51,336 nucleotides of DNA from the IMG/VR virus record IMGVR_UViG_3300022934_000028, positions 1 through 51,336 of that record. One strand, 5' to 3'. Below, in pieces: positions 1 to 9,360 of this stretch. How positions within the stretch are numbered: position 1 is the stretch's first letter; the number at the start of each line of letters is the position of its first letter. The notes under the pieces are model-generated. The model was not told where the DNA came from and did not search any database. It worked only from the letters and a program-made list of their open reading frames with translations. A program made the translations under genes and the position numbers. Origin of the DNA: a virus (taxonomy: Duplodnaviria; Caudoviricetes).

Positions 1-1
1 A

Positions 2-358
2 TATTTTTTAGAGAAAGTAAAACAATATCCTCCAATAGAACAATATCATCCAATACAAGAATGGACCGCAGATATGTGGGCCGTACTATGGAACGCTTGG
101 TTATTTGGTCACGACACCCAAATACATGAAGATTTACAGTTTTCTTGGGCATCATCATTGAGTCAGTTTATTGGTGATTACAATATTTTTCATAATTCTG
201 GTATTACTGAACGTAGTCCTAATAATTGTTTCAGAAAACACGATTATATAAATAAATTTCCATATAATATAAAAGAAGAAGATTTTTGTTCTGAATATTG
301 TTCTATTTTTTATGTACAAGAAATTATAGAAACTTCTAAAAAGAGTTGTTTGTTATGA
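2..358 (+). CDS. 5'-truncated putative glycosyltransferase-like protein (C-terminal part)
   Basis: Frame is open from position 2 (YFLEKVKQYPPIEQYHPIQEWTADMWAVLWNAW...IFHNSG), so the gene starts upstream of the window. It is coupled by an ATGA overlap to a GT32 gene. Function is inferred mainly from context. Confidence 0.45.
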   Translation, partial: YFLEKVKQYPPIEQYHPIQEWTADMWAVLWNAWLFGHDTQIHEDLQFSWASSLSQFIGDYNIFHNSGITERSPNNCFRKHDYINKFPYNIKEEDFCSEYCSIFYVQEIIETSKKSCLL

Positions 359-1023
359 TTGAAAAAAATATACATCAAATTTGGATAGGTCCACATAGAA
401 TGCCTACTAGAGAAAAAAAATATGTTAATAATATTAAAAATAGTAATAACGAGTATAATCATATTTTGTGGACTTCATTAGACGATGATATGCCAGGGTT
501 TTTAAGATATCTATGTGAAAAAAGAATTGAACGAAGAGATTATGCCTTTGCAGCTGACATTTTTAGATTGTGGCTAATTAAAAAATATGGAGGCATTTAT
601 ATAGATGTGGATTATGAATTTCGTCAACCTCTGAATACGTTTTTTATGAATGAATGTTCCACTCCTGACGCTGTATTTTTTCATCACGGCCCAACAGATT
701 ATACTATACCTAATGGAATATTTGCAGCTAAGAAAAATCACAATATTTTAAATTTTTTAATTTCTGATATGGAACGATATAAAAATAGTGGAAGATACCT
801 CGGTCATCCAGTATATGGCGGCCCTACGGAATTTGGAAAAGTAATTAAACAATATTTTTCATTGGAATATGAAACCTCTCATTCGGTAGTTGAATCGCAC
901 ATGAACAAAGAAAATATTTGTTATTTTGATTATCACAATTTTAGAAAATATGCATTACATAGATCATTAGCTTCATGGCTTCCAGAAAATAAAATTATGT
1001 TTGAAGCGGGGTTATATGAATAA
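355..1023 (+). CDS. Glycosyltransferase, GT32/DXD sugar-binding family
   Basis: IHQIWIG N-terminus and ADIFRLWLIKKYGGIYIDVD (DxD) signature. ATG at 355 overlaps the upstream TGA. Confidence 0.85.
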   Translation: MIEKNIHQIWIGPHRMPTREKKYVNNIKNSNNEYNHILWTSLDDDMPGFLRYLCEKRIERRDYAFAADIFRLWLIKKYGGIYIDVDYEFRQPLNTFFMNECSTPDAVFFHHGPTDYTIPNGIFAAKKNHNILNFLISDMERYKNSGRYLGHPVYGGPTEFGKVIKQYFSLEYETSHSVVESHMNKENICYFDYHNFRKYALHRSLASWLPENKIMFEAGLYE

Positions 1024-1828
1024 AGTAAGTTTTGTTTGTACAACATACCGAAGATTTCGTTGTGTAGAACGTGTTATAGCTCAATATTATGCACAAACAT
1101 ATGATAATGTTGAATTAATAATATTTAATACTGACACAGAATATCCATTGAAATTAAATTTTTCGGATGATAATATTATTTTAATAAATAATTCTATTGA
1201 TTATCATACTAAATTACCATATATTAATAGAGGACAAATATGTAGAGATGCCGTTTCTCATACAACTGGTGATTTATTTATGTTAGCTGATGATGATGAT
1301 TTATATTTACCGTGGCATATTGAACAAGCGGTTGACATGATTACATTACGTGAAAAAGATGCATGGAAACCGAAGAAAAGTTTCTTTGCTACCCGCGATA
1401 AAATAGAATTAGCTCAAAATACTATGGAAGCTAGTGTGATTGTTAAGATGAATAGAATTTTAGAGTTTGGTTTTGAGGGAAACTCTTTTAATAGTACAGG
1501 TCAAGAAGGACTACACTGGTATATACCACTTAGGTCAGAGGGACACTTATCTGAAAATGATGATTATATGGTTCCAAGTTATGTTTTTAATTGGGGCGAC
1601 CCGCCAGGTTGGTCACAACATAAACAAAGTGGTAATTTAACCAATCCAAATAATTTTGAAAATCATAAACTTGGGTCTACTGATTATGCAACCAGACCAT
1701 TAGAAAATAATTTTGATTTAACAAATACATATTTGCCATATTTTAATTTTTATAAAGAAAATTTAAATTTATTTAATGAAGAATTATTACAAAAGTATGT
1801 AAATCTTTATTTGGAGGAAAAATTATGA
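1016..1828 (+). CDS. Glycosyltransferase family 2 (GT-A)
   Basis: KVSFVCTTYRR start, QTYDNVELIIFN, and GDLFMLADDDDLYLPWHI motif. ATG at 1016 preferred over TTG at 1001. Confidence 0.85.
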   Translation: MNKVSFVCTTYRRFRCVERVIAQYYAQTYDNVELIIFNTDTEYPLKLNFSDDNIILINNSIDYHTKLPYINRGQICRDAVSHTTGDLFMLADDDDLYLPWHIEQAVDMITLREKDAWKPKKSFFATRDKIELAQNTMEASVIVKMNRILEFGFEGNSFNSTGQEGLHWYIPLRSEGHLSENDDYMVPSYVFNWGDPPGWSQHKQSGNLTNPNNFENHKLGSTDYATRPLENNFDLTNTYLPYFNFYKENLNLFNEELLQKYVNLYLEEKL

Positions 1829-2496
1829 ATGAACAAATGTTATATGAATTAGAACAGATAATATTAAATTCTGAAAAAATAGTTATTTTATTAATATCAT
1901 CTACAAAAAATAATGAAATTTCTACATTGCAATTGCAACTGGATGGTTTGGTTAATCAATCTAATTTTAAAGAAGTTGTAAATTACTATACACTTTCTTT
2001 TGATGAAGATAATTTACCATTCCCATATCCATTAACAAATGTTTTGTATTGGTTCGCACCTAAAAATTTAAAACCACTATTTTATAAGCAGGGACAGTCT
2101 GCCGTATTTGATTTTTTTAAAGATTTTAATGTCGCAGTCAAAATGACAAATGGACTTTCTTATATAGAAGCCACTAGGTCAAGTGAAGACATAGAATTTA
2201 TTAAAAAAGTTGAAGAAGAAATTCTAGTAGCAGATGATAAAGAATTGCCACCGACTACTAAAATGTTAAAAAATTTTGGCAAAGAAATGTGGAATACCGC
2301 AAAACGTTTTGGTCGCGACCTTCCGGTACTCGTTCCGTCCGAAATATCGTCAAACAGATACGAAGAGTGTAGTTCTTGTGAACATTTTACTGACCAAGCT
2401 AGATGTACCAAATGTGGTTGTTTTATGAAAACAAAAGTTAATTTAGCAAGTGCTTCGTGTCCTGTAGGAAAATGGTCTGAGTTTAATAAAGAATAA
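1825..2496 (+). CDS. Hypothetical protein with C-terminal Cys-rich (DUF6171-like) domain
   Basis: C-terminal RYEECSSCEHF...RCTKCGCFMKTKVNLASASCPVGKW. ATGA overlap and GGAGG RBS. Confidence 0.6.
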   Translation: MNEQMLYELEQIILNSEKIVILLISSTKNNEISTLQLQLDGLVNQSNFKEVVNYYTLSFDEDNLPFPYPLTNVLYWFAPKNLKPLFYKQGQSAVFDFFKDFNVAVKMTNGLSYIEATRSSEDIEFIKKVEEEILVADDKELPPTTKMLKNFGKEMWNTAKRFGRDLPVLVPSEISSNRYEECSSCEHFTDQARCTKCGCFMKTKVNLASASCPVGKWSEFNKE

Positions 2497-2531
2497 ACAC
2501 TATTTATGTATATACCAAAATGGAGGTAATT

Positions 2532-2690
2532 ATGACAAGTTTTGTTATTGCAGCAGCAATCATTGTATTTGTAGCTGGTGGATTTGTAGTTTTTGCTAAG
2601 TCTGGAAAGAGAGGTTCTGGTGGAGTAGCTAGAGTATTTAGTCGTGGTTCACAATCCAGTGGTGGTGACACAGATAACATAGAAATCTAA
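2532..2690 (+). CDS. Small single-pass membrane protein (52 aa; absent from the ORF track)
   Basis: GGAGG RBS at 2522-2526, then MTSFVIAAAIIVFVAGGFVVFAKSGKRGSGG...NIEI*. Preceded by the TATTTAT motif and ends 1 nt before the next ATG. Confidence 0.7.
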   Translation: MTSFVIAAAIIVFVAGGFVVFAKSGKRGSGGVARVFSRGSQSSGGDTDNIEI

Positions 2691-2691
2691 T

Positions 2692-5433
2692 ATGAAACAA
2701 GTAGCAATATACACAGGAAGGTTCCAACCTTTCCACAAGGGACATTATAGTGCTTATAAACACCTCGTTGATAAGTTCGGGGAGGAGAATGTCTATATTG
2801 CTACCAGTGACCCAAAGGAAACTACCGAACGCGACCCATTTGATTTCCACGGAAAAAAAGAAATCATGCATTCTATGTTTGATATTCCGTCAGAAAGAAT
2901 TGTTCAGGTCAAAAGTCCGTATAGTCCTAAAGAAATTTTATCTAAGTATGACCAGAGTGACACCCAGTTTATTACAGCGGTGGGTGAAAAGGATGGTGAG
3001 AGACTTGTAAAGGGTAAATACTTTAGAAGATATGACGATAAACAACAAGATGTTGTTCCATATAGAAAGGGTGGATACTTTATAACGGTGCCTAACTTTA
3101 AAATGGACGACACGGTGATGAGTGCAACCCGAATTAGAGATACTTTGGGTAATCCATCTGTATCTATGAAAGATAAAGTAGACTTCTTTAAGAAATTATA
3201 TGGTAAGTTTGACCCAAATGTCTTTAAAATGATGACAGGTGGTATAGAACGTGGACTACAAAGCACAAAAGACAAGGTAGCACAGAAAAAACAAGAACCA
3301 GAAGGTGGTGAACAATCACCATCTGGAGCTAAGTTTGACCGTTCTGCTTTGATGAAAAAGATTCACAACCCACAAACAAGACGAGATATCTTGGTCAAAA
3401 CTGCATTAACCTATGACAAAGACCATCCTGCTTATAAATTAGCAAGAAAGATGTTCCAAACAGGAACTATGAATGAGATATTTGCTCCTGTTCTTCTAGA
3501 AAATGCACTTATCAACCAGTATAATTCGTTGGTTGACCAATATGTAACTGGTGAAGCCGAAAAGAAGAGTTGTCGTATTGAACCAACCGACGATTACACA
3601 GAAATTGAGAAGAAATGTAAGAAGGCATACAAGAAAGGCGTCTTCTATTACCCTCTGGCGTACGCTCTAAGGACTGCCAATCTAGAGGATGACCCCAACG
3701 AAGACCCACAACCCGAACCAACTCCAGAACCCGAACCAGAGGTTTCTGAAGCTGAGAGTTCTACTGAGCGTGTTAGGAAGTATTATAGAAATAACCCAGA
3801 AAAGGTTAAGGCATATCTCAAGAAAACGGTCAAAGACAGGACAGCTAGAAACCGTGATAGAGCTAAAGCGGTCAAAAAGTATGGTAAATCAAAGATGAAA
3901 AACCACGATGTCCATCATCCTAATGGTGCACAGAATGGTAATTGGAGACTAGCAAAGAAAGACCACGGTAGAGATAAGAAGAATGAAGAGGCATTATTTG
4001 AAGGTGGTGCTGCTGGACATATGATGCACCCATACGAAGATATGGAATTGACCTTTGGTGAATACAAAGATATGATTACACAGGGTCTAGTAGGTTCATT
4101 TGGTGAAGATTCTCCAATGACAGAGAAACTAGATGGTCAAAATATCGCATTTACGGTCATTGATGGTCAAGTTAGGTTTGCTAGAAACAAAGGACACGTT
4201 AAAAACCAAGGTCAAAACTCCTTGACAGTCAAAGGAGTTATGGATAAATTTGAAGGTAGAGGTGCAATTCAACGAGCATTCGTGGGTGCTGCCGAAGATT
4301 TAGAAAGTGCCTTTAAACAATTACCTAGTGACCAAGTTGATGAGATGTTTGGTAATGGTTCTACCTATATGTCAACCGAAATTATCCTACCAGATAGTGA
4401 AAATGTAATCCCATATGGTAAGGCAGTCTTGGTTTTCCACGGAACAATCACATATGATGAGGATGGAAACAAGGTAGACCAGAACCCAGAACACGCCACA
4501 CAACTAAATGATATGGTAAAACAGTATGGTCAACAACAACAAAAGGTATTTGGTATCCAAGGACCACACGTAATTACATTTAGTGACGAAAAAGCAGATG
4601 AAATGGAAGAAAAAGCTAAGGAATACCATAGCCAAATTGACAGATTAGCGGGTAAGATTGACGCAGACGACAATACACCCGTCAGTGAATACTATAAAAA
4701 GTGGTGGGAAAACGAAATCAAACAATCATTGTCTAGTGCGGGACTAGAAGCCGATGTTGACCAGATGGAAGCCTTGGTCAATCGTTTCGCTTTTGGTGAT
4801 AAGTCAGTAAAAGCTGGTTCATTCCCACCAGAAATGAAGAAGTGGTTAGCACAATATCAAACACAAGTATTCCCAAAGAAACAAAAAGAAGCAAGAGCAC
4901 CATTTGAGATGTTGTTCTTACGTGCTGGTCAAGATAGTTTAACCAGAATCAAAGACTTCTTGGGGTCAAACAACCCAGAAGCCGTAGATAAGTTAGAGAA
5001 AGAACTAAATAAAGTAAGAAAAGCACTACAAGGACAAGACTTGGGTGACGCTGCTGAGAAACTAGCACAAGAATTTGAGAGATTAGAACAGGTCGGTATT
5101 GATAAATTAGTCCCAAGTGAAGGTTTGGTCTTTATGTACAACGGAAGACCATACAAATTCACAGGTGCGTTTGCTCCAATCAATCAAATCTTGGGTACAT
5201 TTAAGTTTGGAACACCACAGGCACAACAACCTGCCGCCGCTCCAAGTGGTGGAGGTGCTGCAAGTGGTGGTGACAAGAACTTTATCAAACAATTCTATGG
5301 TGAAAAGATTAGAAACCCAATGACAGGTAAAGAAATCACACTACAATCAGCATTAACATACGATAAATCACATCCAGCTTACAAAGCTGCATTACAATTC
5401 CTACAAGGAAAGGTAGGACAAAAGGAAGGTTAG
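2692..5433 (+). CDS. Multidomain protein: HxGH nucleotidyltransferase + HNH-like segment + KxDG ligase-like (DUF6267-like) domain, with a duplicated small module
   Basis: YTGRFQPFHKGH and MSATRIR (cytidylyltransferase-like); KNHDVHHPNG..NGNWRL (HNH-like); EGGAAGHMMHP..TEKLDGQN and VPSEGLVF..YKFTGAF. Confidence 0.75.
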   Translation: MKQVAIYTGRFQPFHKGHYSAYKHLVDKFGEENVYIATSDPKETTERDPFDFHGKKEIMHSMFDIPSERIVQVKSPYSPKEILSKYDQSDTQFITAVGEKDGERLVKGKYFRRYDDKQQDVVPYRKGGYFITVPNFKMDDTVMSATRIRDTLGNPSVSMKDKVDFFKKLYGKFDPNVFKMMTGGIERGLQSTKDKVAQKKQEPEGGEQSPSGAKFDRSALMKKIHNPQTRRDILVKTALTYDKDHPAYKLARKMFQTGTMNEIFAPVLLENALINQYNSLVDQYVTGEAEKKSCRIEPTDDYTEIEKKCKKAYKKGVFYYPLAYALRTANLEDDPNEDPQPEPTPEPEPEVSEAESSTERVRKYYRNNPEKVKAYLKKTVKDRTARNRDRAKAVKKYGKSKMKNHDVHHPNGAQNGNWRLAKKDHGRDKKNEEALFEGGAAGHMMHPYEDMELTFGEYKDMITQGLVGSFGEDSPMTEKLDGQNIAFTVIDGQVRFARNKGHVKNQGQNSLTVKGVMDKFEGRGAIQRAFVGAAEDLESAFKQLPSDQVDEMFGNGSTYMSTEIILPDSENVIPYGKAVLVFHGTITYDEDGNKVDQNPEHATQLNDMVKQYGQQQQKVFGIQGPHVITFSDEKADEMEEKAKEYHSQIDRLAGKIDADDNTPVSEYYKKWWENEIKQSLSSAGLEADVDQMEALVNRFAFGDKSVKAGSFPPEMKKWLAQYQTQVFPKKQKEARAPFEMLFLRAGQDSLTRIKDFLGSNNPEAVDKLEKELNKVRKALQGQDLGDAAEKLAQEFERLEQVGIDKLVPSEGLVFMYNGRPYKFTGAFAPINQILGTFKFGTPQAQQPAAAPSGGGAASGGDKNFIKQFYGEKIRNPMTGKEITLQSALTYDKSHPAYKAALQFLQGKVGQKEG

Positions 5434-5436
5434 GTT

Positions 5437-6057
5437 ATGTCATACAAAAAGAAAGAGTTACGTGAAGTTCACAAAGGAGTTCAGGAAACTATTCACAAAA
5501 AAATGAATAGTTATGCCAACAAAGTCGTTGTTGGTCAGTACACAGGAAAAAAAGAAGTCAAACGAGAAGAGGGTGAAGTTTGGTTTGACGATGAAAACCG
5601 CGAATGGGAAATGAAAGATGGTATCAAGAGAAGAATAAGTCCTCTTGAGGGTGCCAAAACCCCGTGGTGGTGTCCTGTTTGTAAAAAGACAATGAACCAA
5701 TATGATATTAAAGCGTGGAGAGTACACGCACATTGTCTTGATTGTGTCGCTAAAGAAGAAACTAGACTCAAAATTGATGGTGTCTGGGAAGACCATAGAA
5801 AAAAAGAGATGTTAAAAAGTCAGGTTTCCTATCTAACTGACAAGATTATTGAGTTAACCTACTATCACGACACGCTTTCCAACCCAGAATTTATGACCTT
5901 TGACGACAAAACTGGTACAATTCTTATGGTAGACAAATACCAAGTGCCATTGGAAAAGGTTAAGGAAGATATTATGATAGAAGTGGTCAGTATGAACAAA
6001 ATTCTTAAAGAAAAAGAAAAAGAATTAGAAGAACTAATGGAGAATACAGATGGGTAA
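5437..6057 (+). CDS. Hypothetical protein with zinc-finger motif
   Basis: CPVC...HCLDC and a coiled-coil C-terminus. Tightly packed in the operon. Confidence 0.6.
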   Translation: MSYKKKELREVHKGVQETIHKKMNSYANKVVVGQYTGKKEVKREEGEVWFDDENREWEMKDGIKRRISPLEGAKTPWWCPVCKKTMNQYDIKAWRVHAHCLDCVAKEETRLKIDGVWEDHRKKEMLKSQVSYLTDKIIELTYYHDTLSNPEFMTFDDKTGTILMVDKYQVPLEKVKEDIMIEVVSMNKILKEKEKELEELMENTDG

Positions 6058-6697
6058 AGCTGCTTTACAATTACTAAGAGACAATTTATACGTAATTCCA
6101 ATAGTATTAGTTTGTGTTTTTCTTAGTTCATATGCTACATCTATGTTTAAACAAGATGAAATTGACATTTACATAGAAGAATTTAATCAATTTAAACAGG
6201 AAGCAGAAAAGACACAACAATTTGCTGATAGTTTAGCCTCACTGGTAGAAGAATACAAGGAAGAAATAGAAGAACTAAACGATAGTATTGTGGTCCAGAC
6301 CAGTGAATTGACCAGAGCATCCAACGTTGTTGCTACTCTTTCTGCTAGAACACAAGAATTACGTGACCAACTAGACGATTCGGTGATGAGTGAAGTCCCC
6401 GAACAGGTGGTCGTCTACATTGATACCATAGAAGAAGAGAACGAGGCACTAAAAGAGAACGTATCTGCCGCTAATCAGTTGATTGCAACCCTCCAAAATC
6501 AGAACGAGTTGTTCCAAACCTCCCTAACTTTGGAAACTACCCGAGCAGATTCACTTGCTGCCATCGTTGCCGCTATTCCTGAACCACCTAAGAACCCAAA
6601 TAAGGTGTTGGGTTTCATTCCTAAACCAACCAGAACACAAACATTTATACTAGGAACGTTGGTTGGTGGTGTTGCCGCGTGGAAACTTATAGGATAA
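6050..6697 (+). CDS. Membrane-anchored coiled-coil protein (possibly spanin-like)
   Basis: Hydrophobic N-terminal segment, about 140 aa of coiled coil, Pro-rich linker, and hydrophobic C-terminus (FILGTLVGGVAAWKLIG). GGAG RBS. Confidence 0.5.
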   Translation: MGKAALQLLRDNLYVIPIVLVCVFLSSYATSMFKQDEIDIYIEEFNQFKQEAEKTQQFADSLASLVEEYKEEIEELNDSIVVQTSELTRASNVVATLSARTQELRDQLDDSVMSEVPEQVVVYIDTIEEENEALKENVSAANQLIATLQNQNELFQTSLTLETTRADSLAAIVAAIPEPPKNPNKVLGFIPKPTRTQTFILGTLVGGVAAWKLIG

Positions 6698-6700
6698 TCT

Positions 6701-8287
6701 ATGTCTACTGACTTAAAAGCAATCATTAAACGAGAGTATACCAAGTGTGCTCTTGACCCTGAGTATTTTTTAAGAAAGTATGTATACATTCAGGTTCCAA
6801 ATAAGGGTAGACAACTCTTTGATTTACACCATTATCAAGCAGACACCCTAAAAAAGTTCCAAGACCACAGATATAACATTGTTCTCAAGGGTCGCCAGAT
6901 TGGTATTTCCACATTAATTGCTGGTTATTCACTCTGGAGAATGTTGTTTAAGAAAGATGAACAGATATTGGTCATCGCTATTAAACAGGAAGTCGCTAAA
7001 AACTTGGTAACCAAGGTTAAGTTTATGCATAGTCTTCTTCCTACGTGGTTAAAAGGAACCTTGACCGAAGATAACAAACTGACATTACGATTTGCTAATG
7101 GTTCTGCGATGAAAGCGACGGCTACCAGAGAAGATTCTGGTCGTTCTGAAGCACTATCTCTACTCATTCTTGATGAGGCAGCCTTCATTGATAACGCAAC
7201 TGAACTATGGACTGCTGCTCAAGCCACACTATCTACCACGGGTGGGTCTGCTGTATTGATTTCTACCCCCAATGGTATGGGTAATTTCTTTCATAAAACG
7301 TGGGTTGATTCTGAAGCAGGTGAAAATGACTTTGAGAGAACCCTTTTAGATTGGGAAGTTCACCCCGACCGCGACCAAGCGTGGGCTGATGACCAACTAA
7401 GACAGATGGGTGAGATGAGGTTTGCTCAAGAGCACGGTGCTTCATTCATCTTTTCGGGTAATACGGTCATATCACCAGAGATTATTGAGTTCTACAAACA
7501 GACCTATCAACAAGACCCCATCCAAAAACGTGGGTTTGACAACAATATATGGGTATGGCAACAACCAGATTACACCAAATTCTACATTGTAGCAGCTGAC
7601 GTTGCTCGTGGTGATGGTTCCGACTACTCTACCTTCCACGTTATTGATGTTGAAGCGTCAGAACAGGTCGCAGAATACAAAGGTAAGATAACACCCAAGG
7701 ACTTTGGTAACCTTTTGGTCGCTATTGCCACCGAATATAACGATGCAATCATAATTCCAGACAACGCAAACATTGGTTGGGCCGCAATACAACAGATTAT
7801 TGACCGTGGATACCAAAATCTCTTCTATATGAGTAACGATATGAAGTATGTAGACACAATGCACCAGATGCACGGTCGTTATTACGCTGAAGAAAAGAAA
7901 ATGGTTCCCGGATTTACCATTTCACAACGAACAAGACCTCTTTTAATCGCTAAATTAGAGTCTTATATGAGAGAACAGTCAATTACCGTCCATTCTAGTC
8001 GTATGTTGACCGAATTAGAGACATTTATCTGGAAAAACAGCAAAGCCGAAGCTCTAGATGGGTATAATGACGACCTTACCCTTGCATTAGCCATTGGTTT
8101 GTGGGTTAGAGACACCGCATTACGCTTACGACAAGAAGGAATTGAGTTAAACAAGCAAATGTTGGGTGGTATCTCAGGTCACCAGACCAAAGCAGTCTTT
8201 ACCGCTAAAGATTACAAACCAGAAAACGAATGGAAAATCCAGATTGGTCAAAATGAAGAAGAAGATTTACGATGGTTACTACGATAA
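6701..8287 (+). CDS. terL: Terminase large subunit (T4 gp17-like)
   Basis: Walker A LKGRQIGIST, Walker B LLILDEAAF, motif III ISTPNG, and nuclease motifs AADVARGDGSDYS and YNDDLTLA. Confidence 0.95.
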   Translation: MSTDLKAIIKREYTKCALDPEYFLRKYVYIQVPNKGRQLFDLHHYQADTLKKFQDHRYNIVLKGRQIGISTLIAGYSLWRMLFKKDEQILVIAIKQEVAKNLVTKVKFMHSLLPTWLKGTLTEDNKLTLRFANGSAMKATATREDSGRSEALSLLILDEAAFIDNATELWTAAQATLSTTGGSAVLISTPNGMGNFFHKTWVDSEAGENDFERTLLDWEVHPDRDQAWADDQLRQMGEMRFAQEHGASFIFSGNTVISPEIIEFYKQTYQQDPIQKRGFDNNIWVWQQPDYTKFYIVAADVARGDGSDYSTFHVIDVEASEQVAEYKGKITPKDFGNLLVAIATEYNDAIIIPDNANIGWAAIQQIIDRGYQNLFYMSNDMKYVDTMHQMHGRYYAEEKKMVPGFTISQRTRPLLIAKLESYMREQSITVHSSRMLTELETFIWKNSKAEALDGYNDDLTLALAIGLWVRDTALRLRQEGIELNKQMLGGISGHQTKAVFTAKDYKPENEWKIQIGQNEEEDLRWLLR

Positions 8288-8329
8288 CTAGATACTTATA
8301 TAAAACGACAGTTATTTTAACCTAATTTA

Positions 8330-8944
8330 ATGGTAAATGAAATGGACAGAAATACTTTAATCTCTATCATTCAGGAAGAAATTGAAGAGGTCATGAAAGA
8401 ACGCGAAATGACTTCTGGTCAAGAGGATAAAAAGGAACGAATCGTAAAAGATTTAAAAAAGAAAGTTCCTTATCTCAAGAAAAAATATGGCGATAAATGG
8501 AAATCAGTAATGTATGCTATCGCTACAAAAAGTGCTATGGGAGAAGCCCTTGACCCAGTTGGAAAAGAGGATGATGATGTTGATAATGATGGAGATACCG
8601 ATAGTTCTGATAAATACCTAAAGAAGCGTAGAGCTGCCATTGGTAAGGCAATGAAGAAAGAAGAACTAGACCCCGTTGGTCAAGAAGACGATGATGTTGA
8701 TAACGACGGAGATAGTGATAGTTCTGACAAGTATCTTAAGAATAGAAGAAAGGCTGTAGCAAAAGCTATGAAAGAGTCAGAAGATATGACTGACAGAGAA
8801 GTTGATAATAGAGAGAAAATCGCCGATAGACTAATGAAAAAGAAGGCAGATTTCAAAAAACGTTATGGTGATAAATGGGAAGATGTATTATACGCAACTG
8901 CCACCAAATTAGCTATGAGTGGTGATACAGGAGACGAAGAATGA
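8330..8944 (+). CDS. Charged repeat protein, probable internal head protein (A-B-B-A repeats)
   Basis: Two LDPVGxEDDDVDNDGDxDSSDKYLK repeats are flanked by two MT...YGDKW..V.YA.ATK repeats. Lies between terminase and portal. Confidence 0.6.
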   Translation: MVNEMDRNTLISIIQEEIEEVMKEREMTSGQEDKKERIVKDLKKKVPYLKKKYGDKWKSVMYAIATKSAMGEALDPVGKEDDDVDNDGDTDSSDKYLKKRRAAIGKAMKKEELDPVGQEDDDVDNDGDSDSSDKYLKNRRKAVAKAMKESEDMTDREVDNREKIADRLMKKKADFKKRYGDKWEDVLYATATKLAMSGDTGDEE

Positions 8945-9348
8945 TTAAACTAAGTGACTTATTAAGTGAAGACCACAAAGAAGTTCTTCATAAGGGGAAG
9001 TCAAAGTCAGGTCTAGATTGGGATGCCGATAAGGATAATCCTAAAGAAGACTTATCTAAGTTAGAGAACACACTTGAAACTGAAGACTTGGTTGAAATGT
9101 ATGAGGGTGAAGACCTTGACGAGAGGCAGTTAAAAGGGTATATTAAATCTATACATAAAATGGCAGCCGAACTCTACAATGTTTTAGAAGATACCGATGA
9201 CCCAGAAGAGTGGGTTATGGAAAAGGCAAAACAATGTGATAGTATGCTACACGCTATTCATGGTCATGTATCTTATGCAAAAGATAAGGACAGAGTTTCT
9301 GAGTTAGAAAGAGAAACCCGTGACCAAGTAAGAGAAAGAGGCTACTAA
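8941..9348 (+). CDS. Hypothetical protein, probable internal head protein
   Basis: MIKLSDLLSE N-terminus. EEWVMEK..CDSMLHAI helix resembles that of 48691..49008. Confidence 0.55.
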   Translation: MIKLSDLLSEDHKEVLHKGKSKSGLDWDADKDNPKEDLSKLENTLETEDLVEMYEGEDLDERQLKGYIKSIHKMAAELYNVLEDTDDPEEWVMEKAKQCDSMLHAIHGHVSYAKDKDRVSELERETRDQVRERGY

Positions 9349-9360
9349 AGGATTTAATAA

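Noticed and set aside
3750-3990. Intein or mobile homing endonuclease inside the 913-aa gene
   Set aside because: No intein splice residues are evident. The HNH-like segment is short and lies between domains rather than interrupting one.
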